NCBI GenBank assembly: GCA_963721805.1
Contig: CAVRJY010000005.1
Location: 19,318-83,317, forward strand
Direction of reading: 5' to 3'
Length of the DNA: 64,000 bases
Origin: Nitrospirota bacterium
Lineage (GTDB): Bacteria > Nitrospirota > Thermodesulfovibrionia > Thermodesulfovibrionales > JdFR-86
How positions within the stretch are numbered: the first letter of the stretch is position 1; each line of letters begins with the position of its first letter. Below, one piece after another: positions 44,182-54,196 of this stretch. The position numbers and the translations under genes were made by a program. The notes beneath the pieces were generated by a model. The model was not told where the DNA came from. It made no database searches and worked only from the letters and a program-made list of their open reading frames with translations.

Positions 44182-44789
44182 CTCGGCACCTTTATTATAT
44201 GCCTCACCGCGCCGCCTGAGTGCGGGAGTTCGACGTCTATGACCTCGCACTCGACCCCGGCGATCTCCTCTTCGTAACGCGGCCCTTTATTCAGCACGAA
44301 AGCGCCGCCGGGGGCGACTATGTCCCCTGCCCCTTCAATAAATTCCCTCACACTAAATAGCGCGCGCGTCACCGCGATGTCCGCGCTGATGCCCGAGGCC
44401 TCCGAGACCTTGGCGTTGATAACCGTGATGCCCGTAAGATTGAGCCGCCGGATGATATGCCGAAGGAACGCGCACTTCTTCTTCGCGGGCTCGATCAGGT
44501 ATACCGTGATATCCGGGCGCATTATCTTGATAGGCACGCCCGGAAACCCCGCGCCGGTGCCGATGTCCGCGAGGCTGTGCACCTCCGGGCCGATAGCGCG
44601 CAGGTATAGGCAGCTGTCCAGCATGTGCTTTACAGCGATCTCATTGGCGTCGCGCAGCGCGGTGAGGTTGTGCGTGCGGCCCCAGCGGCTGAGCTCGTCC
44701 ATGTGAAGCACCATAGCCGAGACCTGCGCGGCGGTGGCCTCGATGCCGAGGCTGGCGAGGCCGTCTGAGATTATCTCATCAGGCCGCAC
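44178..44789 (-). CDS. rsmG: 16S rRNA (guanine527-N7)-methyltransferase
   Basis: 203 aa with SAM motif DIGTGAGFPGVPIKI. Immediately downstream of mnmG. Confidence 0.85.
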   Translation of the reverse strand: MRPDEIISDGLASLGIEATAAQVSAMVLHMDELSRWGRTHNLTALRDANEIAVKHMLDSCLYLRAIGPEVHSLADIGTGAGFPGVPIKIMRPDITVYLIEPAKKKCAFLRHIIRRLNLTGITVINAKVSEASGISADIAVTRALFSVREFIEGAGDIVAPGGAFVLNKGPRYEEEIAGVECEVIDVELPHSGGAVRHIIKVPR

Positions 44790-46642
44790 TCCGGCGGTCC
44801 CTCTCTAACATTATGATCAGGAGTGAGAGAGCGACCGGCGTGACGCCGGGTATGCGGCTTGCCTGCCCGAGGCTCCGGGGCCTGACCTCCTCGAGCTTGT
44901 GGCGCACCTCGGTCGAGAGGCCGGTGATCGCGGCATAGTCGAACCCGGCCGGGATCGCCATCGACTCGGCGCGCCGCAGCTTCTCTGCCGCCTCGCGCTG
45001 GCGCAGGATGTAGCCCGAGTACTTCACCTCGGTCTGGATCAGCATCGCATCGTCGGCACTGAACTCGGCGGCGGGCGGCGATATGCGCGAGATCGAGGGA
45101 TAGTCCATCTCCGGCCGCTTAAGCAGCGTATCGAGCATCACACTCTCGGCAATCGGCGAGGTCCCGCGCTCGCTAAGTATTGGATTTGCGTCACGCGGCT
45201 TGCAGCGCGTCGTGCGGATGCGCTCGATCTCGGAAAGCACCAAGCGGCGCTTTTCGCTAAACGCACGGTGGGCATCATCAGAAATCAGCCCGGCCTCGTG
45301 GCCCTTGTCCGTCAGGCGCATCTGGGCGTTGTCGTGGCGCAGCAGCAGGCGGTATTCCGCGCGCGAGGTGAACATGCGGTACGGCTCGTTCGTGCCCTTT
45401 GTCACGAGATCGTCTATCAGGATGCCGATGTACGCCTCGTCGCGGCCAAGGATCAGCGGAGCGCGGCCCTGAAGCGAGAGCGCGGCGTTTATCCCGGCCA
45501 TTATCCCCTGTGATGCGGCCTCCTCGTACCCGGAGGTCCCGTTTATCTGCCCGGCGAGGTAGAGACCGCGTACCGCCTTGGTCTCTAATGAGTGCGTGAT
45601 CTGCGTGGGGTATACGAAGTCGTACTCTATCGCGTATGCCGGGCGCATGATCTCGGCGGCCTCAAGCCCCGCGATAGAATGAACCAGCGCGACCTGCACG
45701 TCATATGGCAGGCTCGTCGAGATCCCGTTTGCGTAGTATTCCTCGGTCTTCAGCCCTTCGGGCTCCAAAAATACCTGATGCCGCTCGCGCGCGGCAAAGC
45801 GCATCACCTTGTCCTCTATCGAGGGGCAGTATCTGGGGCCTATGCCTGTTATCTGTCCACTATACAATGGTGAGCGGTCCAGAGATCCACGGATGATCTC
45901 GTGCGTGGTCGCGTTCGTATATGTCATGTAGCACGGGAGCTGTTGGTTCGTGATCTCGCGGGTCGAGTGCGAAAACGGGGGCGGCGGGACGTCGCCATAG
46001 TGAGCGGTCGTCTTTGAGAAGTCTATCGAGCGGGCGTCTATACGGGGCGGTGTGCCGGTCTTGAGGCGGCCCAATCTCAGGCCCATCGCAGGCGAGAGAT
46101 TCGGATATGCCTAACGCGGGGAACTCACCGGCGCGTCCTGCGCTGATCTGGCTCAGGCCTATGTGCATCAGTCCGTTCAGAAACGTACCGGTCGTGACGA
46201 TCACCGAGCGCCCAGCGATGAACACGCCGATGTTATCGATAACGCCTGTGACTCGTCCGCCCTCATGCGTTATGTCCACGATATTGGCCTGCCGGATCGT
46301 GAGGCCCGCCTGCGCCTCGATCGACTGGCGCATATTGGTGCGGTACAGGGCGCGGTCGGCCTGCGCGCGGAGCGACCAGACGGCGGGGCCCTTAGAGAGG
46401 TTGAGCATCTTGAAGTGGATGCCCGAGCGGTCGGTGACGCGCGCCATCTCGCCGCCCAGCGCGTCGATCTCGCGGACTAGGTGGCCCTTCGCGAGCCCGC
46501 CGATGGCCGGGTTGCAGGACATCTGGCCTATCGTATCGAGGTTCATCGTGCAGAGGCACGTACGCATACCCATCCTAGCCGCAGCCAGAGCGGCCTCGCA
46601 ACCGGCGTGGCCGGCACCGATAACTATTACGTCGAATGACAT
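44779..46642 (-). pseudogene. mnmG: tRNA uridine 5-carboxymethylaminomethyl modification enzyme MnmG, split by one frame change
   Basis: ORF 45860..46642 (GAGHAGCEAA FAD motif) and ORF 44779..46086 (GRLKTGTPPRID onward) together give full-length MnmG. The shift lies near 46085-46100. Confidence 0.85.
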
Positions 46643-46674
46643 CCCTTATAATAACATCCGCGCTATTTCAGTCG

Positions 46675-46863
46675 CCTTCTTCAAAGTCGCGCGAAATACG
46701 CGTGATACTGCGTCAGGGCTTCAGAAATCCGTCCTCAACGTACGTCACAGTACGCCTCGGACGTTTTCATTGCCCTTCCTTGTCTGACACAATTTCTCGC
46801 GCTTTAGCAATGAGCTGCCTGCGCGTGCGAGCGGTCAACGGCTTTGATAAGAGGGGGCACTCG
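46675..46863 (-). repeat. SRE copy R14 (head type 2, body type 2)
   Basis: Tail CCTTCTTCAAAGTCGCG at 46675 (32 nt from the mnmG start). Head GGTCAACGGC at 46843-46852 plus TTTGATAAGAG. Confidence 0.85.
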
Positions 46864-46903
46864 GCCCGGCCGCTGCTCCGGAGCTCCCGAGGAAGGCTAT
46901 TAA

Positions 46904-47479
46904 TTAAGCAGAAGATGTTTTATTGAAAGCTCTCCCTGAGTGAATCCATGAAGCAATTACAGCTATCAATAAAACCAAATCAAATAAAATAAGGCATTTT
47001 TCCCAGCGTGTAATATTTTGAAGAGAGTCATAATTAGATATCAAAAAAATCAATAAAGGACCAAGCGGCATAAGAACCAGTAAAAAATTACGCCCCAAGG
47101 CTACAAGCCATAGCTGTCCGCTAGTACTTTGGTGAAAGGTTTCCCATTCAAATGCATCATTGTAAGTTAATAATCTAATTCTTGGATATAAAATGCTTGA
47201 AAAATACCTTCCGATTCTGTAAACCATAAGCTGATTATCGTAATACAGCAAAACAAGAGGTGCCGTTATAATTGGAGCAACGAGCATAATTGATGCAAAT
47301 GATTCTTCTCCATGGAGTTTAACATAAGCCGCAAGTGCACCAGCTAAAATCACTATCAGAACATTAAGTATTGTTGAGTTAATTGTAAGTCTAGTCTTTT
47401 GTTCATCGCGCAAGGCTCGGTATTCTGTGAGATAAACTTCAATATCTTTCTTGTCCTGTATTTCTTCTGACATTAACAA
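46904..47479 (-). CDS. AT-rich polytopic membrane protein, hypothetical
   Basis: 191-aa ORF with four hydrophobic segments. No family recognised. Confidence 0.5.
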   Translation of the reverse strand: MLMSEEIQDKKDIEVYLTEYRALRDEQKTRLTINSTILNVLIVILAGALAAYVKLHGEESFASIMLVAPIITAPLVLLYYDNQLMVYRIGRYFSSILYPRIRLLTYNDAFEWETFHQSTSGQLWLVALGRNFLLVLMPLGPLLIFLISNYDSLQNITRWEKCLILFDLVLLIAVIASWIHSGRAFNKTSSA

Positions 47480-47669
47480 ACACCTTTACCTATCAACCTT
47501 GTCCCAGCTTTCGTTGAAGCCCTAAGGGCTCGCCTTGCCATTATCATAAACTGCCTACATTTATCTGTCAATAATATTTTGCAGCAAGACAACCGTGAGG
47601 CTTAATCATATCGCCATATTCGCATACGTTCGGAACTGGTTTATGGGAAAGAGTTCCCATGGCATCTCT

Positions 47670-48032
47670 CTTCATTAACCATAGTTAATCGAAAGTTAAT
47701 AGAAAACGAATGGCCCCTAATTTTTCCTATTATCTTCGGTTTATATATGAACCAAAGTTTGGCATTCTTTAGTGTATAGTGGAGGCTATGAGTATGATAG
47801 AGTCCTATTTGATGGTCGCGGCAAGTGTTATGGATGTCCGCGCCGCGTGTTCGGATAATGGGCCAAAAACATCGCTTTTTATCCGAACATTCGAACAGGG
47901 GAACTTTTCAAAAGCTAGTAAATCCGGTGGGTTAGCTCCGATTTTGCCCCCAACATCCGAACAAAATCGGCAAAAACGCGCGCGTGCGCGCGCGGTATGC
48001 ATATATATGCCTAAGCGGGGATATCCGAACAT
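47670..48032 (+). repeat. Module X2: second copy of the 360-bp AT-rich module, fused to the head of R15
   Basis: Collinear with X1. GGAGG then ATG at 47794. Inverted repeat GTTCGGATAA (47849-47858) / TTATCCGAAC (47879-47888). (CG)n palindrome at 47977-47994. Confidence 0.8.
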
Positions 48033-48201
48033 GCCGTTGACCGCTCGCACGCGCAGGCGGGAGAAACTTAAAGCGCGAGAAATCAGCGTCAGACTAGGAG
48101 CGGCGAGGGAAACGTCCGAGGGTGTACTGAGACGTACATCGAGGACGGATTTCCGAAGCCGCGACAACGTATCACGCGATTTGGCGCGCTTTGGAGAAAA
48201 C
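48033..48201 (+). repeat. SRE copy R15 (head type 2, body type 2)
   Basis: GCCGTTGACC at 48033-48042. Tail GATTTGGCGCGCTTTGGAGAAAAC. Confidence 0.85.
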
Positions 48202-48219
48202 TACAAACGCAGCTTTCTC

Positions 48220-48687
48220 TTACTCGGCCTCTACGATCTTGTAGTTTACGTTGTGTTCCAGATCCTTGCGCAGCGAATGATACACCGAGCAATACTTGTC
48301 CTTGGAGAGCGCAATCGCCCTGTCCATCTTCTTCGGGTCAATATGCTTGCCCGTGATCGTTATCATCAGGTCGATGCGCTTGAAGTACTGCGGAGGCGTC
48401 GGGTTGCGCCATCCCATCGTCTCGATCTTGAAGTCCTGGATATCTACGCGCATCTTCTGAAGGAAGCTCACCATGTCTATGGCCATGCACGCGGTTACGG
48501 AGGCCAGCAGGCTCTCCGTCGGCATGCAGCCCCACTCGACCTTCGCGTCGTAGTCGATGACGTAGCCGGTCGATGTGCGCGCGGCGAATATGAGGTCCTT
48601 GTCGTAGGTGAGGGTGAGCTTCATCTCGGGGTTAATCTTGCCCTTGTAGCCCTCGAGCTGCTCTTCAAGCTGCGGTTCTTCTGCCAT
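48220..48687 (-). CDS. OsmC/Ohr-family protein
   Basis: 155 aa with LLASVTACMAIDMVSFL and KYCSVY motifs. Confidence 0.8.
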   Translation of the reverse strand: MAEEPQLEEQLEGYKGKINPEMKLTLTYDKDLIFAARTSTGYVIDYDAKVEWGCMPTESLLASVTACMAIDMVSFLQKMRVDIQDFKIETMGWRNPTPPQYFKRIDLMITITGKHIDPKKMDRAIALSKDKYCSVYHSLRKDLEHNVNYKIVEAE

Positions 48688-48723
48688 GGTTCGGGTCTCC
48701 TTGTATTGGGGCGGGCGCGGCTG

Positions 48724-50127
48724 CTAGAGGATGAGTTCGAGCTGCTGCAGGTGCTCGCCCGGGAAATTGATGGGGTATGCGTTGTCGAAGCACGCGGCGC
48801 AAAAGTTCTCGGGCTGCGGCACGATCTCGCGGAGCCCTTCGAGGCTGATGTACGCAAGCGAATCGGCGGTAGTGTAGCGCCTGATCTCCTCGACCGAGTG
48901 GGACGAGGCGATCAGCTCCTGCCGCGTCGGGGTGTCGATGCCGTAGAAGCACGGCCCGACGGTCGGCGGGGAGGAGATGCGCAGGTGGACCTCCTTGGCG
49001 TGGCCCTGCTCGCGGATCATCTTGACGATCTTCTTGCTCGTCGTGCCGCGCACGATCGAGTCGTCGACTACGACGACGCGCTTGCCCTCAAGCAGGCTGC
49101 GCACCGGATTGAGCTTGATCTTGACGCCGAAGTGGCGGATGTTCTGCTTGGGCTCGATGAAGGTGCGGCCGATGTAGTGGTTCCTGACGAGGCCGAAGTC
49201 GAAGGGGATGCCGCTTTGCTCGGCGTATCCGAGCGCGGCGGGCACGCCGCTGTCAGGCACCGGGATGACTATGTCGGCCTCGACGCCGGACTCTATCGCG
49301 AGCCGCCTGCCGAACTGCTTGCGGATCTCGTTGACGTTCGTGCCGCCGTAGATGTAGCTGTCCGGGCGGGCGAAGTAGATGAACTCGAATATGCACGATG
49401 CGCGGCGGATGCTCGGCACCGCGCGGATCGACTGGATGCCCTTGTCGTTGATTATGATCATCTCGCCGGGGGCGACGTCGCGCAGGTATGTCGCGCCGAC
49501 GAGGTCGAACGCGCAGGTCTCGGAGGCCACGACGTATGCGCCGTTTGAGATCTGACCGAGGCACAGGGGGCGCACTCCGTGCGGGTCGCGCACCGCGATG
49601 AGCTCGTTTTCGCGAAGTATCAGGAGGCTGTATGCCCCGGCGACCTCGTGCATCGTCTCTATGACGCGGTGGCTGAAGTCGTCGCTGCGGGAGCGCGCTA
49701 TCAGGTGGATGAAGACCTCGCTGTCGGAGGTGGTCTGGAAGATCGCGCCCTCCTCCTCGAGCTTCTGGCGGAGTTCGGCCGCGTTTACGAGGTTTCCGTT
49801 GTGGGCCAGGGCGAGCGTGCCTAGGGCGAACTTCGCCGAGATCGGCTGGACGTTCTTGAGCCCGCCGCCGCCCGCGGTGGAGTAGCGGTTATGGCCAATG
49901 GCGATATGTCCGGGGAGTTTCTTGAGGCGCTTCTCGCTGAAGATGTCGGCCACGAGCCCGATGGCCTTCTCGGTGTTCATGACCTTGCCGTCGGAGGAGG
50001 TTATGCCCGCGCCCTCCTGCCCCCTGTGCTGAAGGGCGTACAGGCCGAGGTATACGAGGTTGGAGGCCTCGGGATGGCCGAATATGCCGCATACGCCGCA
50101 CTCCTCGTGCATCTTGTCCAGGATCAT
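48724..50127 (-). CDS. purF: Amidophosphoribosyltransferase
   Basis: 467 aa with N-terminal [11 protein letters not shown] (Ntn Cys) and PRTase motif [13 protein letters not shown]. Confidence 0.95.
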   Translation of the reverse strand: MILDKMHEECGVCGIFGHPEASNLVYLGLYALQHRGQEGAGITSSDGKVMNTEKAIGLVADIFSEKRLKKLPGHIAIGHNRYSTAGGGGLKNVQPISAKFALGTLALAHNGNLVNAAELRQKLEEEGAIFQTTSDSEVFIHLIARSRSDDFSHRVIETMHEVAGAYSLLILRENELIAVRDPHGVRPLCLGQISNGAYVVASETCAFDLVGATYLRDVAPGEMIIINDKGIQSIRAVPSIRRASCIFEFIYFARPDSYIYGGTNVNEIRKQFGRRLAIESGVEADIVIPVPDSGVPAALGYAEQSGIPFDFGLVRNHYIGRTFIEPKQNIRHFGVKIKLNPVRSLLEGKRVVVVDDSIVRGTTSKKIVKMIREQGHAKEVHLRISSPPTVGPCFYGIDTPTRQELIASSHSVEEIRRYTTADSLAYISLEGLREIVPQPENFCAACFDNAYPINFPGEHLQQLELIL

Positions 50128-50295
50128 GGCACCCCGCTCGTTAGTGTCCAGTGTTTAGAGCCCCAATGCGTTGCGAAAGCAGGTGCGACTTAATATAATA
50201 ACACACCGGCGAGGGCCGGCGCACCCGCGCCGGAGGGGCACGCACCTCAAAATTTGGCAACACCCCGGAACATTTTTGTGATATTCTATTCATAT

Positions 50296-50688
50296 ATGTG
50301 TTCATCGGTGCCGAGGGCCAAGATAATGATCGTGGAGGACGAGCGGCTGCTGGCCCTCAACCTCAGGCTGTCGCTGGAGGGTATGGGCTACACCGTCACC
50401 GGCATCGCGGATTCGGGCGAGTCTGCCGTGAGCGAGGCCGGGGCCTCGAGGCCGGACATCATCCTGATGGACATAAAGCTCAAGCCCGGCTCGATGGACG
50501 GCATAGAGGCCGCCACGCGCATCAGGGACCTCTACCACATCGGGTATATTTACGTCACCGGCAACTCCGACGAGAGCACCTACCAGCGGGCGATGAAGAG
50601 CATGCCGCTGGGGTACTTCAACAAGCCGCTCAACGAGGATACCTTAGACCAGGCCATACAGGAAGCCATCACCCGCGACTCCAACTAG
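50296..50688 (+). CDS. Single-domain response regulator receiver
   Basis: IMIVEDERLL...DIILMDIKL...KP. Start uncertain (50254, 50296 or 50326). Confidence 0.8.
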   Translation: MCSSVPRAKIMIVEDERLLALNLRLSLEGMGYTVTGIADSGESAVSEAGASRPDIILMDIKLKPGSMDGIEAATRIRDLYHIGYIYVTGNSDESTYQRAMKSMPLGYFNKPLNEDTLDQAIQEAITRDSN

Positions 50689-50695
50689 TCCGCAG

Positions 50696-50891
50696 TCTTT
50701 TTCAAAGCGCTCCAAATCGCTTGATACGTCGTCATCAGTCGAAAATAGTCCTCGGAGTATGTCCATATACACCTGCGTCCTATTTTCGCCTTCTTCCTAG
50801 TCTGAAGACGATTTGGCCGCGCTTTCGGGGGTTGGTCGCGGCCCAGCCGCTGGACCCCCGCACCCCCAAGGTCAACGGCTTAGATTAGATA
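50696..50891 (-). repeat. SRE copy R16 (head variant a; private P3 AAAATAG/CTATTTT; GTAT/ATAC P4)
   Basis: Tail GTCTTTTTCAAAGCGCTCC at 50696. Head GGTCAACGGC at 50870-50879 plus TTAGATTAGATA. Confidence 0.85.
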
Positions 50892-51215
50892 TTATCTGAC
50901 AATCGAACGGACGACTTTTAGGATGAGGCGCTGTTTATCTTCACCAGCTTCCTTGACTAGGCTGCTGATTTCCTTTGCCAGTTCCTGTGAAGATTTTTTA
51001 TGATGTGAGAACTCGAAGAAATCCTTCATATCCATTTTCAAAGACTTGGCTATTGCCGCCAGTGTATCCATCGAGGGGAACCCCCTCCCTACTTCAATCC
51101 GGCTAAGGTGCTTCGGGTCTATATCTATCATCTCGGCAAGCTTTTCCTGAGACAAGCCCCTCAGCTTTCGCAGTTCTTTTATCCTTGCCCCAAGTAATCC
51201 TTTTGGTGTCTCCAT
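50892..51215 (-). CDS. XRE-family helix-turn-helix transcriptional regulator
   Basis: 107 aa, LGARIKELRKLRGLSQEKLAEMIDIDPKHLSRIEVG. Confidence 0.8.
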   Translation of the reverse strand: METPKGLLGARIKELRKLRGLSQEKLAEMIDIDPKHLSRIEVGRGFPSMDTLAAIAKSLKMDMKDFFEFSHHKKSSQELAKEISSLVKEAGEDKQRLILKVVRSIVR

Positions 51216-51409
51216 AATCTTCCTCCATCAATAATCGCTTTTCAGGAGGGTTTTTATAACTATCTTAAATGGCGATAAGTAATTGCCTTATCTACATTTG
51301 ATATAGTAAACTCTACATTGCAGATAGATATTAGAGGCAAGTCCGGCTTAATATGCTGAATCATGATGCCGTAAGGGGCACGATATGACGGAAGACAACG
51401 AACTCTAAA

Positions 51410-51805
51410 ATGACACACCTGCACAACAGCCAGCCTGTCGGCATCCACTTCCTTGTCGAGTTTTTCGGCTGCTCGGAGGAGCAGTTGGATTCGCTCCGCT
51501 TCTGGAAGAAGCTGCTTGCGGATGCGGTCAAGGGCAGTGATATAAAGATGCTGAATAAGCACTTCTATCATTTCAAGCCCCATGGCATAACCGGATATCT
51601 CCTGCTTTCCACGTCCCATATATCGGTGCATACATGGCCCGAGTATGCCTATGTCGCCTGCGATGTCTTTAGCTGCGGCGGGAAAGCCGAGACTAAAAGC
51701 ATTGTAAAGCACATTACGGACAATCTTAATCATGACACGGTGAAGATAAAGAAAATGAAACGGGGATTTAGGATTTTTTCTGACAAAGGAGGTCATCTTA
51801 GCTAA
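51410..51805 (+). CDS. S-adenosylmethionine decarboxylase-like (SpeD-family pyruvoyl enzyme), atypical processing site
   Basis: HFLVEFFGC...GITGYLLLSTSHISVHTWPEYAYVACDVFSCG aligns to the prokaryotic SpeD core. The usual Glu-Ser cleavage pair reads Thr-Ser. Confidence 0.65.
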   Translation: MTHLHNSQPVGIHFLVEFFGCSEEQLDSLRFWKKLLADAVKGSDIKMLNKHFYHFKPHGITGYLLLSTSHISVHTWPEYAYVACDVFSCGGKAETKSIVKHITDNLNHDTVKIKKMKRGFRIFSDKGGHLS

Positions 51806-51806
51806 T

Positions 51807-52331
51807 ATGGTTGGGAAAATCGGTTTTCAAACTGAGATAATTCAAGGATATAGAGAAGAATATTTCAAATCAATTTTAAAGCTCGAACCATTATTCCCGA
51901 TTTCCATCCAAGACTCAAAAGATAAAACAATTGAACATTTGAAAACACCTTCAAACATTAATATTTTTCTCAGGAAAGATGAAAGCATAATCGGCTGGAT
52001 CTTGGGGACGCCACAAAATACTATCTATGAAGAACTAAAAACCGATGATATTGAGATCAAGCCCGATGACGAAATGTATTATATTGATAAAGTTGTTGTA
52101 GTACCTGAACACCGCGAAGGTCTAACCTTTCTCAGGTTGGGAGACGCGCTAATCAATGAGGCAAAAAAACGAGGTTGTCATAAAATATCTGCACATATCG
52201 TATCTGACAACGGACTCCATAAAATAATTATAAGGAAATTTGGCAAATTTATCATAACAAGGAGAAAAGTGTCTTTAGCAATACATGATTTTATTCCATT
52301 TGAGTATATTGAAATATGCTTACCTAAATGA
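51807..52331 (+). CDS. GNAT-like acetyltransferase (cargo paralog 2)
   Basis: 174 aa. Shares blocks N-I-x-x-FL, ELKxDD, PDxxMYYI, RG-x-x-KIS-x-H with 36335..36850. Confidence 0.55.
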   Translation: MVGKIGFQTEIIQGYREEYFKSILKLEPLFPISIQDSKDKTIEHLKTPSNINIFLRKDESIIGWILGTPQNTIYEELKTDDIEIKPDDEMYYIDKVVVVPEHREGLTFLRLGDALINEAKKRGCHKISAHIVSDNGLHKIIIRKFGKFIITRRKVSLAIHDFIPFEYIEICLPK

Positions 52332-52338
52332 CTTACCG

Positions 52339-52881
52339 ATGAAAGGCGAGGGCACCAAGGAGAACAGCACAGAAAAGCTGTTGTCTTATGGCGGCAGGAT
52401 TGCTGAGCTATCCATCGGAATTACCGCAAGTCAATTTTTAGTGTTCGTTTTCGATTATCTTCTTTATCCGTTTATCGTTTATCAATTCGGGCTTCTCATG
52501 GGCGGGATTGTAATGACTATTTTTTCATTGATTGCTTGTTTACTTGTAATGAAAGTTTATGATTGGTCTAAACGGGATTGGTTAGGCATTGAGTCAATAA
52601 AACGGTTAAAGGAATACACAGGAGGTAGAAAAACAGGAAAGATACTGTCATGGATATTAAGACAGAGTAATCCAGTGGTCATGCTATTTCTCTCAATCAA
52701 GTTTGACCCATTTATCGCAACTATATACATGAGACATGGAAGCCACCAATATAACGGCATGAGCAAGAGGGATTGGAAGATATTCTTTACAAGTCTTGTA
52801 CTCAGTAATATCTATTGGACACTCGCAGCCTTCACAGGGGTTACGGTCATAGAGTACGCATGGAGGCACTTATTCAAATAA
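52339..52881 (+). CDS. AT-rich polytopic membrane protein, hypothetical
   Basis: About 180 aa with four or five hydrophobic segments. The stop TAA at 52879-52881 directly abuts the R17 head. Confidence 0.5.
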   Translation: MKGEGTKENSTEKLLSYGGRIAELSIGITASQFLVFVFDYLLYPFIVYQFGLLMGGIVMTIFSLIACLLVMKVYDWSKRDWLGIESIKRLKEYTGGRKTGKILSWILRQSNPVVMLFLSIKFDPFIATIYMRHGSHQYNGMSKRDWKIFFTSLVLSNIYWTLAAFTGVTVIEYAWRHLFK

Positions 52882-53058
52882 GCCGTTGACATTGGGGGCG
52901 CGGGGGGCGTCCGTTGCAGTGCCCCCCGAAAGCGCGCCCAAATCGTCTTCAGACAAGGCAGGGCGAGAAGACCGCCCGATGGTGTACTTGGGCGTACATA
53001 GAGGGCGAGTCTTCGATGCCCAACGACGTATCAAGCAATTTGGCGCGCTTTAAAGAAA
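52876..53058 (+). repeat. SRE copy R17 (head variant b, body type 1)
   Basis: GCCGTTGACA at 52882-52891. Tail GCGCGCTTTAAAGAAAGC ends 5 nt before the rodA stop. Confidence 0.85.
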
Positions 53059-53063
53059 GCGAG

Positions 53064-54182
53064 CTAGTAGAAAAGTTCGAACCGTCTGGTTCGAACGTTG
53101 ATTAACAAGGCGGCGGCTATGTAGTTGCCGGCCAGCGCCGTCCCCCCATAGCTCATGAACGGCAGCGGTATGCCCACGACCGGCATCAGCCCCAGCGTCA
53201 TCGAGACGTTGATCACGGTATAGAGGAAGAACATGAAGGTGATGCCCGTTGCGAGCATGCGGCCGAAGTCGTCCTTGGCCTTCCCTGCAGTATCGAGGCC
53301 CCGGTGCAGGAGCGTGAAGTACAGCCCCAGCAGCGCCAGCGAGCCTACCAGCCCCCACTCCTCGGCGAAGATCGAGAAGATGAAGTCCGTGTGCTTCTCT
53401 GGCAGGAACCTAAACGGCCCCTGCGTGCCCTTGAGGTAGCCCTTGCCGAACAGCCCGCCCGAGCCCACCGCGACCTTCGACTGGTTGATGTGGTAGCTCA
53501 GGCCGTCGGGGTCGCTGTCGGGGTCCACGAAGGACAGTATGCGGTTTTTCTGGTAGTCCTTAAGGTGGTCCCAGGCCACGGTGCCCGCGACCGGCAGCAC
53601 GACCAGCGAGACCAGCACGCTCACGATCAGGAGCTTCTTGCCGACGCCCTTGGCGAGCACCATCAGCACGAACATCCCAAGCAGTATCACCGCGGTGCCG
53701 AGGTCCGGCTGCTTGATGATCATCAGCACCGGTACGAGCGTGAAGGACAGAAACGCGGTTATCACCTGCCGGGCCGTAAGCGCCCCCTCTATGCCCGAGA
53801 GGTAGCGCGAGAGCATCATCAGGTATGCGAGCTTGAAGACCTCGCTCGGCTGGAACTGCACCCCGCCGACGGATATCCACCGCTTGGCCCCCATGCCGGT
53901 ATGACCGAGCACGAAGACCAGCGCGAGCAGCACGATGCCCAGGGCGTAGAGGTATGGCGCGGCGCGGTGAAACCAGGTGTAGTCCACGCTCAGGATCAGC
54001 GACATCATCCCCAGCCCGATCAGCAGCCAGTAGGTCTGTCGCACGTAGAACGTGGGCCAGCTGGTATCGAAGAGCGGCCGCGTGGCGCTGAAGATCGTCA
54101 TGATCCCGAGCGCGGTGATCGAGAGCACGATGCCGAGCGTCGGCCAGTCCATGTTCGCCAGCAGCCGTCTGTCAATGCGCAC
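53064..54182 (-). CDS. rodA: Rod-shape peptidoglycan glycosyltransferase RodA (SEDS family)
   Basis: 372-aa polytopic ORF (PEKHTDFIFS, MSYGGT motifs). GTG start at 54182. Downstream of mrdA. Confidence 0.9.
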   Translation of the reverse strand: MRIDRRLLANMDWPTLGIVLSITALGIMTIFSATRPLFDTSWPTFYVRQTYWLLIGLGMMSLILSVDYTWFHRAAPYLYALGIVLLALVFVLGHTGMGAKRWISVGGVQFQPSEVFKLAYLMMLSRYLSGIEGALTARQVITAFLSFTLVPVLMIIKQPDLGTAVILLGMFVLMVLAKGVGKKLLIVSVLVSLVVLPVAGTVAWDHLKDYQKNRILSFVDPDSDPDGLSYHINQSKVAVGSGGLFGKGYLKGTQGPFRFLPEKHTDFIFSIFAEEWGLVGSLALLGLYFTLLHRGLDTAGKAKDDFGRMLATGITFMFFLYTVINVSMTLGLMPVVGIPLPFMSYGGTALAGNYIAAALLINVRTRRFELFY

Positions 54183-54196
54183 TGTTGGCTCCGGGA

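Larger units (their letters stand above)
46675..48201. mobile_element. Inverted SRE pair R14...R15 enclosing an AT-rich membrane-protein gene and module X2
   Basis: Heads face inward. The right arm carries X2, as in the R8...R10 unit. Confidence 0.55.
50696..53058. mobile_element. Inverted SRE pair R16...R17 enclosing a 2-kb AT-rich islet (XRE, SpeD-like, GNAT, membrane protein)
   Basis: Heads face inward. Cargo genes abut both heads within 0-1 nt. Located between convergent housekeeping genes. Confidence 0.6.

Noticed and set aside
47779-49548. 589-aa ORF in the track starting in module X2
   Set aside because: After X2/R15 it runs antisense to the clearly genuine osmC-like and purF genes. 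It is a typical long spurious frame in GC-rich DNA.
51260-51796. 178-aa minus-strand ORF overlapping the SpeD-like gene
   Set aside because: It has no recognisable motifs and lies fully antisense to an ORF with a clear SpeD core signature and tight coupling to the next gene.
50685-53068. Short target-site duplications flanking the inverted-pair units (CTAGT at 50685-50689 and 53064-53068; GGCGGACG 60880-60887 versus GGCGAACG 62708-62715)
   Set aside because: They are short, one is imperfect, and they are not flush with the conserved termini in the first case. The CTAG motifs are explained by stop codons of the convergent flanking genes. No comparable repeats were seen at the other five pairs. 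Not convincing without more copies.
53075-53100. Direct GTTCGAAC repeats near the rodA 3' end as extra copies of the X-module CCGAACA iteron
   Set aside because: The motif differs (TTCGAAC versus TCCGAACA). It lies inside the rodA coding sequence (…RTRRFELFY) and has no other X-module features.
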